NCBI RefSeq assembly: GCF_964355755.1
Contig: NC_092675.1
Coordinates: forward strand, 25,268,912-25,332,911
Reading direction: 5' to 3'
Length of the DNA stretch: 64,000 nucleotides
Source of the DNA: Antedon mediterranea
Lineage: Eukaryota; Animalia; Echinodermata
The notes under the pieces were generated by a model. The model did not search any database. It was not told where the DNA came from and saw only the letters and a program-made list of their open reading frames with translations. Position numbers and translations under genes: made by a program. Shown here one piece after another: positions 1-13,100 of the stretch. Each line of letters opens with the position of its first letter. The stretch's first letter is position 1.

Positions 1-2580
1 GTTTTAATTTCAATCAATCAATATTTGATAAACTTACTGTATATAGGCCAACACACAGATATTCGGAAGCTTTTTGGTTACAGTATAGATAGTATGTTAG
101 TTTAAATAATAAAATTGTCACTCTCCAAATTGGCATCTTCCTTTTCAAATATGATCTATGGCTATATAACAAACAGGAAAGGGAAAGTACTGTACGTTTT
201 GGTAGCAAAGTTTACATGTCAGTAATAATTTCACAATTTGCTGAAATGCCTTTCAGGTGTGGAAAGGTCCAAGCCAGTGAATGCATTCTGTAATCCATGA
301 CTCAAACCATTGAATTTAAGGAGAGATTGGTACAATTTGAACATATGACACTAGCATTGGAATATAAAAATGACCTGGAGATAATCTGCTTTTACAAATC
401 AGAATTATCATTATAAGGCCATTCTGGCAAAGTGTGTTTTTATGCATTGAACTTCTGATCGATGGATCAGGAGATTCAGACCAGGGATGTATAACAATTA
501 TTATTTTTATACCTCTCTGTTCAGACCAACAACTAAATGTATATTTCCATTATAATATATAATTTATTATAATCCGACATTATACTCTACTAAAGTAAAA
601 TTTATTTGAAATTAACACATTTTACAATCGAGTATCTTAAACTTGACTGTGTCTTCAAATAATCTTCTTAATATTTGATTGGTAGATTCAGTTTTAACTG
701 GAACTCTACAATATTTCTATCATTACCAGACCTCTAAGTGTAAAAACCCTACTCAGATAACACACATTTAAGGAAATAGGCTGTTCCTATATATACTTAA
801 TAGTGGTTATAATATTCCACTTTTTTCTACTGGGAATTTCCAGTAATCTCCAGGAATAGTCTAGGAAATAAACTATTAATTCTATTTGAATATCAATTAT
901 TTTCAAATTGCTAAAAAAAAACCCCAAAACAATACAAATGGGAAATAATTTTATTAATCAGTGCACAGTGGTTTTGAAGTTAATTCCATGTCTGGGGAGA
1001 CAGATAACTTTGATATATTGTGCCATATACATTGTGTACAACCTTTACCCTATGACTGTATTATATGATTGATTTTGTTTGTGTATTCTTATATACTAGT
1101 CGCTACTGATTTGAATAGCTATTACAAATACACCAAACTTTACAATGATGAAATAGAAATAGTCACGCACGTGCATGAGTTTGTGCCACAATCAGTGACA
1201 AAACAACATTTTTTTATTTAGTTTTGACTGAACAATTTATTTTTCCAATTGTTTCTGAATTTTTCTAAATCCATTTACTCTATAATTCTTTTGTTGTTCA
1301 GTCACCCGATAGTTTGGTTATCCGGTGGTATCATTTATCGTACAAGCCTGAATTTGTTGCAAATAATGGTGTAAATTACTTGCACTAATGTACGTTCGAT
1401 CCAAGTGCAAGTTTCTTTTAAAATCTACCCATTATACCTAATCCTGAATAATCTATTTTCTAGACTCAAATTACCTTCCTTGAAAGTAATCTTTCTGAAT
1501 AGGTTGTGGTACATTTGATAGGTCCAATTATCAGCAATATAGATAAATTTGTAATTACTGCTTGTTCAACTGTGAATTCTAAATAGTAGACTTGACAAAA
1601 TTACCTTCCACAGATAATTTTAATTTGGAACATCGCATTGCATTGTTCTTAATGAATAATTTACAGGAATGATAACTCGCTGAATTAATATACATGTTAC
1701 ATATAAAGTCTTATTTTGCTTTTTTTTTTCTGCATTTAAGTCCATCTATAATTCTCCCTAATCAAGTGATATTAAATATCCTTTATAATATGATATGTCA
1801 TCCCATCTTTACAACAGGAAGCATGTTTTTATAATCACTTCATTTCCGTATTTTAATCCAATGATATTTTCAAAACAATACTAATGATTTCCTGTTGACA
1901 CTTTTGTTGTTGTTTTATTATATTTTTGTTGCTTTTTTTACAATATTATTTGAAGGCTTCCGTACTATTGACTAATTAGATATTTAAAACCTTGTCCTAT
2001 TGAAGCCTCCATTTACCCTTCAATTATTTGAAGAAGCCTGTTAAAATGTCAAGATTCTTTTAAGCTATTTTCTTCAAGGGGCGTGCTATCTTTTGCCTAA
2101 AATCCTGACATAGCAAAATAGCAATTTTGTTCAGACCATTTGAGCAGCCTCTTCTTAGTACAGTATAACCAATGGTTTGCTGAATTTTATTCAGTGCTAT
2201 TGTAGTGTATCTCTCCTATTTTACATCTTAGTTGATTACTATCTGAAGATGCACAGTGTGATATTGCAAAAGGGCTCATCAAACTCCTGAGAAAAACAAT
2301 TAGCTTTCATATTAACAGACTTATGTAAAACTAATTACCGTTTATAATACATTCAGTCTCAAAGATAATATTGATTTGCGACTACTCATTTGGGATCTGT
2401 CTTGTGCATTTTCCGTTCTGACAGGGCTTCAATTAAAAACTAATCCCAGATAGAGAATAGGTACTAATATACTATTTATTAAACAATGGAAATAACACAA
2501 AGTCTTTTTGTAAGCGATGAGTACCGACAAGTTATGATAATTGTAGAGGACAGTTATTGATCTACCTTTCTCAAGATATA

Positions 2581-3655
2581 GGCCCTGTTCAGACCCATGG
2601 CGTTAGACCGTTTTAGCGTACAACGTTACTATCAAGGTCACGTTACAAACCGCAGAGAAAAAAACGAGGTGTTCAGACCCATAGCGTACGATTATCGTTA
2701 CAACGGAAGTACGTCATCCAGGTTGTTTCTAGTTGCATATTCATGTGCTCTTACCCACGTGTTTTCATCATTATTTCCACTGTATATAGGCCTAGATCTC
2801 AGCCCTACAATTATGACAAAATTTGCCGTAAATAAAACATACCTCAGCATTTATTTAAGAAAAATATAGTAAAGCCAAATTTCTGTTTCTATTGTTTTTA
2901 TTTTGTAGTAAAAAACATTTTCCCCAGGCTCTTGTGTTACGAAAATAAAGCAGGCCTCGTAATGATGAAGAAAAAAATGATTGTGATTAGTCTATCCAGT
3001 CCAGTCAAAGATATATATTCTTTGGTCCAGTCGGTTGAAAATAACCATTAACTTGCTAATAAAAGGGACACAGCTCCCCTTGTTTGTTTACTGATTTTTT
3101 TAGGAGTTAGGGGGTTTTCAGCATTAAACTTGTCCAGTCTAGTCTGCCTTGTATGAATGAGTGACTTGATGTCCCACGCTAGTTTTTAGCTTGAATGAAA
3201 TGCGTGAATGACTCTAGGCCTAGCTAGGCCTAAAAGCGGACGGGATCGTAGTCCCTATGTTTAAATACAAGGTGCATGTATTTATGTCATTTGTTAGAAA
3301 ATATAATGGTAATCAGTTGATAATAGTTTGTAGCCTTTGTAACAGTTGTATTTGTAGTGTAGTTAGGCCTTATTTATTCTGGCCTTTTTGTTATTGAAAT
3401 CCATCTCACACATTGACGATACAAGATGTCAGCCTAGGTCAAACCTTGTTTCGCGTCATAACAGGAAACGTTCTGATTGGATACAACGTTGACTTACAGT
3501 AGCGTCGTACCCTAAAACGGTACTATCAACCGTTTTCCACTACAACGCTACAACCGTTGTACGACGCGTTGTACGCTAATCCCCAACTGTTCAGACACAC
3601 ATTCTTTTAGCGTCGTACGCTAAAACGGTCTAACGCCATGGGTCTGAACAGGGCC
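2581..3655. mobile_element. Non-autonomous DNA transposon (MITE) with 41-bp perfect TIRs
   Basis: GGCCCTGTTCAGACCCATGGCGTTAGACCGTTTTAGCGTAC at 2581 has its exact reverse complement ending at 3655. TA flanks both sides, subterminal partial TIR copies are present, and there is no transposase. GGCC termini resemble PIF/Harbinger, but the superfamily is uncertain. Confidence 0.9.
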
Positions 3656-5124
3656 TAATAATTGCTTTAAGACTGAGTTTGCCGCAATGTTTTGTTTATT
3701 TTGATTTATTTAATTTGCCAATGGCTATATGAAATATGTGCATAATTTATTATCAGGGAATAGATATTTGTTAAAACTAAGACAGTTGAGAAAAATTATT
3801 CAACTATGCCAAATGACCAATTAAAACTCAATTATATAGCTTGTAATATAATCTTATATGATATAATCTTATATAATATAATCTTATATCTTAAGTAATA
3901 TTATAAAAGTATGCTGAAAAAAGAAATGTTCATTCTTCCCTAGTCTATGTTTTCCTTCATGCAAGCAATATCTAAAATTTGGTTGGAGCAATTTTAGGAA
4001 TATTCATCATGATTTTACGTATTATTCTATTAGAACTGCCTGTTCAGATTTATAAGAATTACATTTGTTCTCTGATATCCCTTTCCTCTCATAATCCCCT
4101 CAGGTAATCTGTTTAAGTAACTACAAATCACTCTAATTTACAAAACCAATTATTTCTACATCCTCATAACTATGGACTGTAGCATAACACATTTTTCAAA
4201 TTTAATTTATTAGGAAAGGATTGTTTTTATTAACCATAAATGTGGTGTTTTAACAAGTGTTAATATCAAAATTAAACAGATTTATTAACAATGACACATA
4301 AATAGAATTGTAGAGGTTGCTTTCGACACAGAACTGAATTCAACTCAACTATGTCGATATAAACCTTTGAGAATATGACTTCAACTGATAAAAACTCAAA
4401 ATAATACAAAATATGTTGACATTTAGTTAAGCGCAGTTAAGTTGTATTCAGTTGAAACAGTAGCGACCAGTTAGAATTAGATGTTGAAAAATTAGCACCC
4501 ATCCACACTAGTTCCAAATCAACTATACGAATTGTGTTATGCGTGCAGTATGGTATTCACAATCGGTTCCATGTCAACATAAGTGCTTAAATACTTAGTT
4601 TTAGTTCTGTTTAAAATTCGATTCTTAAAGTAGTTCTTTCAGTTTAGTTGAGTTGTTTGCAGTTCCAGGTTGACATAAAATCAAAAGAATGAACAAGCAC
4701 AGTACAAGTAGGTACAACAAGCACAGTATATCTATCTATCTTCAACTCTTTTTATTCTCATTGCTTCAATAGCTTAATTTCTCCATTTCCCCCACCATTT
4801 TTCTTGTTATTCTGGTTATCATCTTGTTGTACAAAGGTTGTTCAGCATTTAAGAGGATTGACAAAAAAACAAGACCATATTTAGTATGAATGTTGGTTAT
4901 TATTAGATTAAAAGTCATCTGGCACAGAATTATCGCAAGAAACCCCATAGCTTTATTCTTTGCCAACATTAAAAAACGTTTCATAATAAGTCTTTAAAAT
5001 GAGGAAAAAAATGAATTATGTATATTCTTCTAGTTTTCTTATCATAATTGGACAATGTCAGATTTATGCACTTGTGATTTTGTATCAGAACAGAATTTTT
5101 TTTCAAAACTGCAGTTAGCAGTAT

Positions 5125-5217
5125 AGTGCCCAAGTGGTTAAGACTGTAATAACTTGCCATATTAACATTGGCAAGGGTTCGAGCCTCACTCACTCTATGG
5201 TTCTGGTGGTAGAACGA

Positions 5218-5251
<34 letters not shown>

Positions 5252-5410
5252 AGTTTACACATCTAGCTCATGTGAACCTAGTACATCTTTCGAGACAAGT
5301 AGGGGATTAACTCGGTGTACTAGTATATACGCAGCCACTGTCACTTATTAAGGGCCCCTTGATTGTCGACATACGCTCCCTACCCTTTATAAATAAGTTG
5401 AAATATAATA
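5125..5410 (+). mobile_element. tRNA-derived SINE with Deu-domain-like core
   Basis: A-box-like GCCCAAGTGGTTAAGAC and B-box GGTTCGAGCC, followed by GATAAGGACTATAAACCGTAGGTCC...TTTCGAGACAAGTAGGGGATTAACTCGGTGTACT, which resembles the DeuSINE central domain from memory. A/T-rich tail. Confidence 0.75.
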
Positions 5411-7189
5411 AATTAATAGGTATGGCATAGGAGGAGGTATATGGCACATAAATGTAATTGATTTATTGGTTTTTCTGACTGAATGATTTTTCTTACTGTA
5501 TTGATTTTTATTGATTTTGCTTTACTTACTGTTTTATGTTATTGATAAAAACTGTTTGACATTTTTTTTGCAGAAAATTATGTAAAAATAAGATTTCTAG
5601 AATAGTTCGAAATTTTCAGTAAACTGTAAAATCTTTTGACAACTGGCTTAAAAAAATTATGAACTCCACAGGGGTTGATGTCCGCAATTAATTATTTAAA
5701 CTTGTAATGTATCGTAAATGTTTTTTCAGAGCTTCAATAGAACATCAAAAACAGGATGAAATCATAATCCTATTAACAATTATCAATAGATCACCAACAA
5801 AAACAAAAGATGAACGTTTTGATAAACATTAATTGTAGCCGCAAGAACTGGTAATCAACAAGCAAGCCATTTCTCGTGGGTCATTGTTTAATCCTTTCCT
5901 TTCCATTCGCTGTTTGATATCATTTGTACCAACATTCTCAACGGCTTTGCCAGACACGTACAAAATTCTCTAATATATTTCCTCAATATATTTTTAAATG
6001 CAGTCACATAAAATTATGTTTTAACAAATGGTGAAAAATAAGAACAAAACTAAAAACAGTTAGACGTTAAAACCAATTCAACATATCTTTTGCTGGTTAT
6101 AATACCTCCAATTCAAACATTCACTTGTAATGTAAGCTTCGCTCCCACGTGGATCACAAGGCTACAAGTAATTTGGCCAATCACCACAAGATGGATCATT
6201 CAAACAGTATTTTGTGATTGGTCAACTTACTTGTGTTGCATTTACACCCTTGCAAATGTGAACCAAGCTAACATTTAAGATGTTTTGTTGTCTTTGTTGG
6301 AAATTCCAAAAAACTGAAAACTAATCACAAATATATGCATATGCATTTTAGTGCAACAGTTTTTAGTTTATCATTTTGTTAACCAAAACTATATAGACCA
6401 ATGTGTGTAATGATATAAAGTTGCATTGTATATACAGTTGTATGACTAATGGTCTGTCTAAGCACTACTTAATTATTACAGCATCCATTTATCTATGGAT
6501 GCAACTTCCAAAATATAAGATGAATTGACTTCTTCCTGGAAAGTTAAATAGTAAATCCATTAAATGACTCAATTATGACTAATGATACTTTAAATTCATG
6601 TGTACAGTATTATTTGATAAACACAGTACTTGTTTTGTGTGTTAGAATAAATTGAAAGTATAACCAACCTACAAATGGGAATTATTACCGTTTCCATAAA
6701 CTATAATAGGTAATTGAAAATATGAAGAGCATCACAAGAGATAGCTAATGACCGGTTTAAAACTGTTCTCTTGTTAATCTGTATTCCTATTGAAAATATT
6801 TTCAATTTAAATGAAATAATATTACCATTTTTATGGGAATACAATTTGAACACATTTTTAATGTACTACAGACCAACATAATGTTCGTATGTAAGTACTC
6901 ACTTTACAAGATTCTTCGGATAGAATCTTTAAATCTTAGCCCTGTACAGTTTAACTTACTGTGTATTTGCTCATAAGTTTCACTACTTTATAATTGGACT
7001 GAGATCGCATCTTGTTTTTCGAAATCGACATGTTGGATGTTTAAATTTGGTTTTGGTGACTATCACATCGGCTCTAAATGTAGATGTGGCACATACTTCA
7101 AGCAAGAAATAACAAATCGATATTAGACTGTTTTCACTGTATAATCATCCTCACTTGAATCAATCATGTTTTTAATTTTGTGTTTATAG

Positions 7190-10100
7190 GAAGTCCAGCT
7201 GATAGCCCAAGACCATCCGCTGTGCATGGATTACATTTTGCGTTCAACTCTGTGAAGCAGGCCGATGGACGGCGCTGGTCGTTGCACTCACTGCCGTCAT
7301 CTGGCTATGGAACTAATACACCAAGCTCAGCCGTATCTGTATGTTGTGTCTTTCTATAATCAATTTCTACGGTTACTAATCTGTATTTAGCTATTCATGT
7401 TACAATTAATACATTAGAAAATTCTCATTTATAAATCATTTTGATGTTACTAGCTTTCCAGTTGTAATGCAAGATTATGCACGATTTCTAAACAACATAC
7501 ATATTATTCAGCTATATCAGGCCTGAGCTATATGTTTGATAAACTATTGAGATTGATATGTTTTATATTTTCCTAATATACAATGTTAGAAATAATAGTA
7601 TTTCACCAATTTTTATTTAGTCATCATGTTCCAGTCAAGAACGGTTGAACCAACTACCATCCCAACCTACAATGGATGACTTGAACCTTCTCTTTGAACA
7701 CTTTGGAAGTCAACCGGAACCAGTACCAGAAGAAGATGAGGGGAGAATGAGGCCTAGATCTAGAAGTCTTAGGTAAGGCACACATAACTTATCCAATCAA
7801 ATAAGTAACAAAAATAATATTTCTACTAAAAAATAGTAGTAAAATAAGTAACAAAAATAGTATTTCTACTAAAAAATATTAGTAAATTTCGTGATGGTTG
7901 TATTAAAAATTTGACTACTGCTCAAACATAATGTAGAGAGAAAGTGCATGCCAAAATATTTATAATATTGTTTGTAGGTGGAAGTAACAAAGTTGAAAAC
8001 ATAATTTTTGCAAATCCACAGCAACTTGCCCAGTTTCAACAGTTTACGGTGGCACCACCATGCTCATGCTTTATACAAGTAAATATGCTAGCTGCTTGCA
8101 CATTATTATGCATGGTCAGGTGTTATGCAAATTAGAAACATTGAATGAAGTATGTGTTATGCAAATTAGGCAATAAAATAATACCTAATCAAATAGTATG
8201 CGAATATATTTGATGCATAGTTGCATAATCACAATTGATCATGAATATTCATTAGTTTACATTCAAATCCGAACAAAATGCAAATGAAAAGTTTTCTTTT
8301 ACAAAAGAAGCAATGACAACCTGGATTAAAGTAGGTCTAGTTTTATGTAAAATAGGAACTGGCATTGCATGTTAAGCATGGCTAGCAAGTGTCCCATAAA
8401 TTACTATTTAATTTGGCATTAAAATAATGATCTGTGTGGTCATAATGAACACTACTTTTGGATGTTTCATATTAAATGAAAAACATAAATATTTGCTATG
8501 AATACACTTTTTTGGAAAGCCTCTGAAGATTTTTTTTATTTAATGCAATTATTGACAATGACATAAATAATTTCATTTTTGGGAAAAATAAAAGTGGTAA
8601 CATTATATTTAATTTGTCTTTTCTATTTTCTCTTTTGAGTTAACATGATAACTTTCAATTAGTATCTGAATAATGAAGATATATTTAGGTGCGATGCAAA
8701 CAACATTTTTAAAACATGTTTTTGGCTATTTATAATGTGTATGAAAAAATGCAAAAGTGAAAGAAGGTAAAGAGAACAATAGTTTCTGCGAAGAAAATCA
8801 TGATTCAGTTAATGTTGAGTGTTTTCAATTGCTGGCTGTGACTCACATATCAGCAATCGTACAAAAAAAATCCCCCTTAAGTCCACAGGTCCAGCGTGTA
8901 CTGGTTTGTGTGGACGTTGAGTACATGTGTCTATAATGATGATAAGTTCATGATGCAAACCAGTTTCTGAATTTAGAGATCTTTGTTTGGCTTAGTATTT
9001 CTTTACCGCGTATTGTCATTAGTAAACTTATGAAAACAAAATGATTAAGCTTTGTTTATCCGCTCATGTGTTTGTACATCGGTTTTGTTATTTTACGAAT
9101 GTTATTTATTATTTTAAAATTATGTTACAAATCTTCCTGATGCTGTGACAAATAAATAGGTTACATTGTATTTTGTTTCATTACGTTAAGAATGTTACAC
9201 TGTAAATAGATGAGATGTAATTGTTTGCTCCAAATGCTCTAATTTTGGTTGTTTGTAAATTGTAGCCTCATTATTATTAAGAGTTTTTAATTTCCATCAC
9301 CTCAGTTATTTCTATAATCATACTGAGGTGATTGCTAGGGGATAATATTAAATTTCTATCATATTATTCAGGTATTTAAATGTTGATTTTAGACCATATT
9401 GGAAAACCTATATTATGTTTAGAGAAAACTTTCGTATAAGATTGTGTGTACAGTAATCTTCTCTTTCAAAAGCTGTTGTACTGGCGCACTCATTATGTCT
9501 TTGATTAACTGGTTGACATTTCAGGGCCACCCTCATGTCACCTCATCCTGTTTTTTTCACCCTGATCAGAATAAATATAATGCTAAACCTTTTATTTATT
9601 TAGAAAAAGTCCTTGTTCACAATGTGTCCTTTCTATGTTCTGAACCTTCTAATGTTTTAACATAACTATAAATTATGGTATACTTTTTTTACAATTTTTT
9701 TCAAGAACGAAAGTGGTAGATACTATAACAAAAGTTTTCTTGGGTCATTCCCACCCTCCTATTTGAAGAGATACCAAACTAAGGGCAACCATACCTGTTT
9801 CATTGTTTAGTAGTTTTAGTATTAATAACTTATTTAATTTATTAGATTATTCTGGATGTAATTCCGCAGTTAATCAACATCTTATACTTGTACTCTTTTG
9901 CAGAATTCATGTTCTGACTCAACATGGGTTTTTTTAGCGTATGCGTTTGAATCCATTTGATTCAACATCACATGCCCTAGCCACAAACATTTATTGTGCC
10001 ATGCAAAATTAATGTTTGGAGTAATGCCATGCGATTGAAAATAGATGATTGATTATTGGTTGAGTTTTCTTTCATTTTCACAAACCACTAATCCACTTTA

Positions 10101-13100
10101 TGACTTATAATAATCTATTATTTTTAGGAGAGTTGGATCATGCATTTATTATTATACATTACTTGGTTTTAGTTGTGTTTCTGGAACATATGTGCAAAAT
10201 AAGCTTGGTGAATTCGTTTTTCTTAATTCTAGACTTCTTAAACAAATTCAAATGAATCAGTAGTTGATCAACTTGCATCATTTTAAGCTGAAAATACATA
10301 ACTACTCTTTATTGGTTTATATGACTTAAATGGTGTCAAGCATCATTATTTCTTATTAAGGCTTAGATGAATAATTCATTTTACTTGTCCTAGTAAACCT
10401 AATGTATTTGTTTTGGTTGATAAATTTACCAACATATAGTTGTCTTCAACTTCCGATACAAGGTCTCGTACTTCACGGATTGACAATTGTTTCCTTTATG
10501 TAAATACCTACCATGTTGTCGAGGCTATAATTGGCTTATGACGAACCTCAAAACAATACAAAAACAAATTGACCCAATACTTTTTTTTAACAATTACATA
10601 GTCCTTTTGCTTTACAACATACCTTGAAATAATATATTTGAGTATACAGTTCAATCTGATATAATACGGTAGGTTGTGGTTGATGGGTGGTTCACTTAGG
10701 GTTTTAGATTGTGATGCTATGAGATAACAAAACAACATTTTTGCTACTAATTTCCAGGTACTGCATTTAGCTTCAATTACCTAGAATTGTATTACAATTC
10801 TAGGTAATTGAAGCTAAATGTACAGTATTAGTGTTTACGGTTATGCTTTCAGAAATGAATGTTTACTATTAAGGATTAATATTAAGTATTATTAAATATT
10901 GGTTATGTTTGCTTGCCTAACTTTTGGAGTAATTACAGAAGCTATCCATATAGGAATAGGTGCAGTACATATGTACTGACATGTTTGTTATACTCCATTG
11001 ATGTAGTTATTACATAACGTCAAAATAATGTGTGTTTCCACAATGAAATGTTTATGTTTCTCCTACTTAATTAATATTTGTTTTTTTATTTTCTCATTCA
11101 CATAGTGCTAGTCCAAGTTCTTCCAGCATATGTCTGGATTCTGAAGTACTTCTAATGAACAGTCTATACAAAGATAGGTTTCCAAAGGCCAAACAACAGA
11201 TGGAGACAGAATTAAAGGTAAGTGTCATCGTTAATTAGTATCGTATAGTAATATTGGAAGCGAAAACAAAATCAATCAATTCTATGATTGATTTGATTGA
11301 TTGATTGAAATATATATTTATACTGGGTAACCTCTTCAGTCAATGACTGGTCTCCCAGAGGGCCCAGTTGGTGATATTTTAAATAAACTCTATGGAGCCA
11401 GTGCAAAACTTTTTTAAAAAATAACTTCAATTGTGTATTTTGTAGGCGTTGTGAAACAAAGTCTAAATGACTGGCTTTATCAATGTTACCTATTAAATTA
11501 AGTTAATATTTCAGTTTTGATCTAAATTCATTTTGATGGCTACATAAGAAACATAAGATTAACTATTATTTTGCACGAAAACAAGCTTGGCAAATCAAAA
11601 TGGAAGGAATAAACAATTTTCAATATAATTATTATTATTATTCTTTAACTATTAGATTATTTTCTGTGAAATACAAGTGTTTTGTTTAGACCGATTTTTT
11701 TTTAATGTAATATATTTTTCTTAAGAAATCGTATATTTGACTACATCATTAGATAAGAGAATGACAAACATGAACTTTTCAATGAAATTAAATATAATTA
11801 GCTATAATGGTAAATTCCATAGTGGGCATATTTGGAAATTGAAATGACTTATTTTAAACACGCTTTAAATTAAATTGTGCTTTATAGTACCACGCATTCG
11901 TCAAGATAGTGGTGATATTATTTTAATTTGTCAGACTAGTACTGTTGCTGAACTATTTAAGTTAAAAACTGTGTTTCTCTGGTTGTAAAAAAAGTAAAAA
12001 AATAATGCACTGAAATAGAAAATGTTGTGGGGGAGAAAGTTAAGTTAGTATTAAAAGTGTAGTTACAGTAGGTACCATGCAGTGCTATCAGATTGCCTTC
12101 TAAATTTATTTATTTTGAAATTAAATTAAAGAATTAATGTTATTGTATTGCCATATGAATAATAAACACAAAAGTATATCAATTTAGGTATTATTCCGGA
12201 AAAGATTTTACAGCCAGGTCGATATGTTCTATTGATCAAACATTCCTTTTCTTGACAATTTTATGCTTTTACAATAAAATTGTCATCAACAAATATCACT
12301 GACCATTATACTTTCTGACCTAAATTAAATGAACCTACTATTGATTTTGGACATTTAATCTTTTCATTGCAAATTATATGGCACAAAGAAAAATGTAACC
12401 TTTTATTTCACAATTCAAAGGATATCCCAATAAAAAAAGCTTTCGTTTTTATGTGACAAAAAAAGTGATAAGAGATAAGATATGACATCATCATGTCCAT
12501 ATATGGGCACATCATATTTTTTGGTCACATAAAGTTTGATAGTGTAGACAGAGCTTGACCATTATCAAATAATGTCTGCACAATTTAAAAATACATTTAT
12601 ACTGTTGATTTATAGTATTGCTGTATAAGATCTACAGTACCCTTAGATGTAGTTAACACATTTTGCAAAATAAATAACTTTATAAAATTTTGGATTAAAT
12701 AAAGAAAATGCGGAAAGTACACAAAATAAAACACAAAATGTTTGCATGATCTCCAAAACCATACTGATTACTACAACCTGATATTTCCGCCATATCCACT
12801 TTATTTTAGGGTCACAAGAATTTCCATGATTTGGATTTTGAGTCGCAGTCAAAAAACGTCATAGAATTTTTAAATGTTCTTTAATATCTTAGAGACAATT
12901 TTCGAAAATGTATTAAAATGTTTGAGGAATATATTATAACCGTGTCTATGACTAAATAAATATGTCCAAAACTTATGCAATATTTCATACATTATAGTAA
13001 ACTTTGTTATTAACAACATGTTTTGAATAAGCTTTTTATGTACCTTTGCATAAATTGTTTCATTTCTAAACTGTTGTGCAGACATTTTGACTAGATGTCT

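Noticed and set aside
2597-2869. 90-aa ORF inside the TIR element as a transposase
   Set aside because: It starts within the TIR and has no recognisable DDE or DNA-binding motif.
4305-4680. Degenerate inverted repeat with AACT/AGTT motifs
   Set aside because: Probably an old MITE, but the arms are too diverged to define TIRs or a TSD.
1-7189. MAST start or upstream exons
   Set aside because: No phase-compatible exon with MAST-like sequence was found. The short ORFs here look like chance ORFs in AT-rich intron.
8930-8975. Box C/D snoRNA (ATGATGA ... CTGA)
   Set aside because: The boxes span only about 35 nt, too short, and there is no convincing terminal stem.
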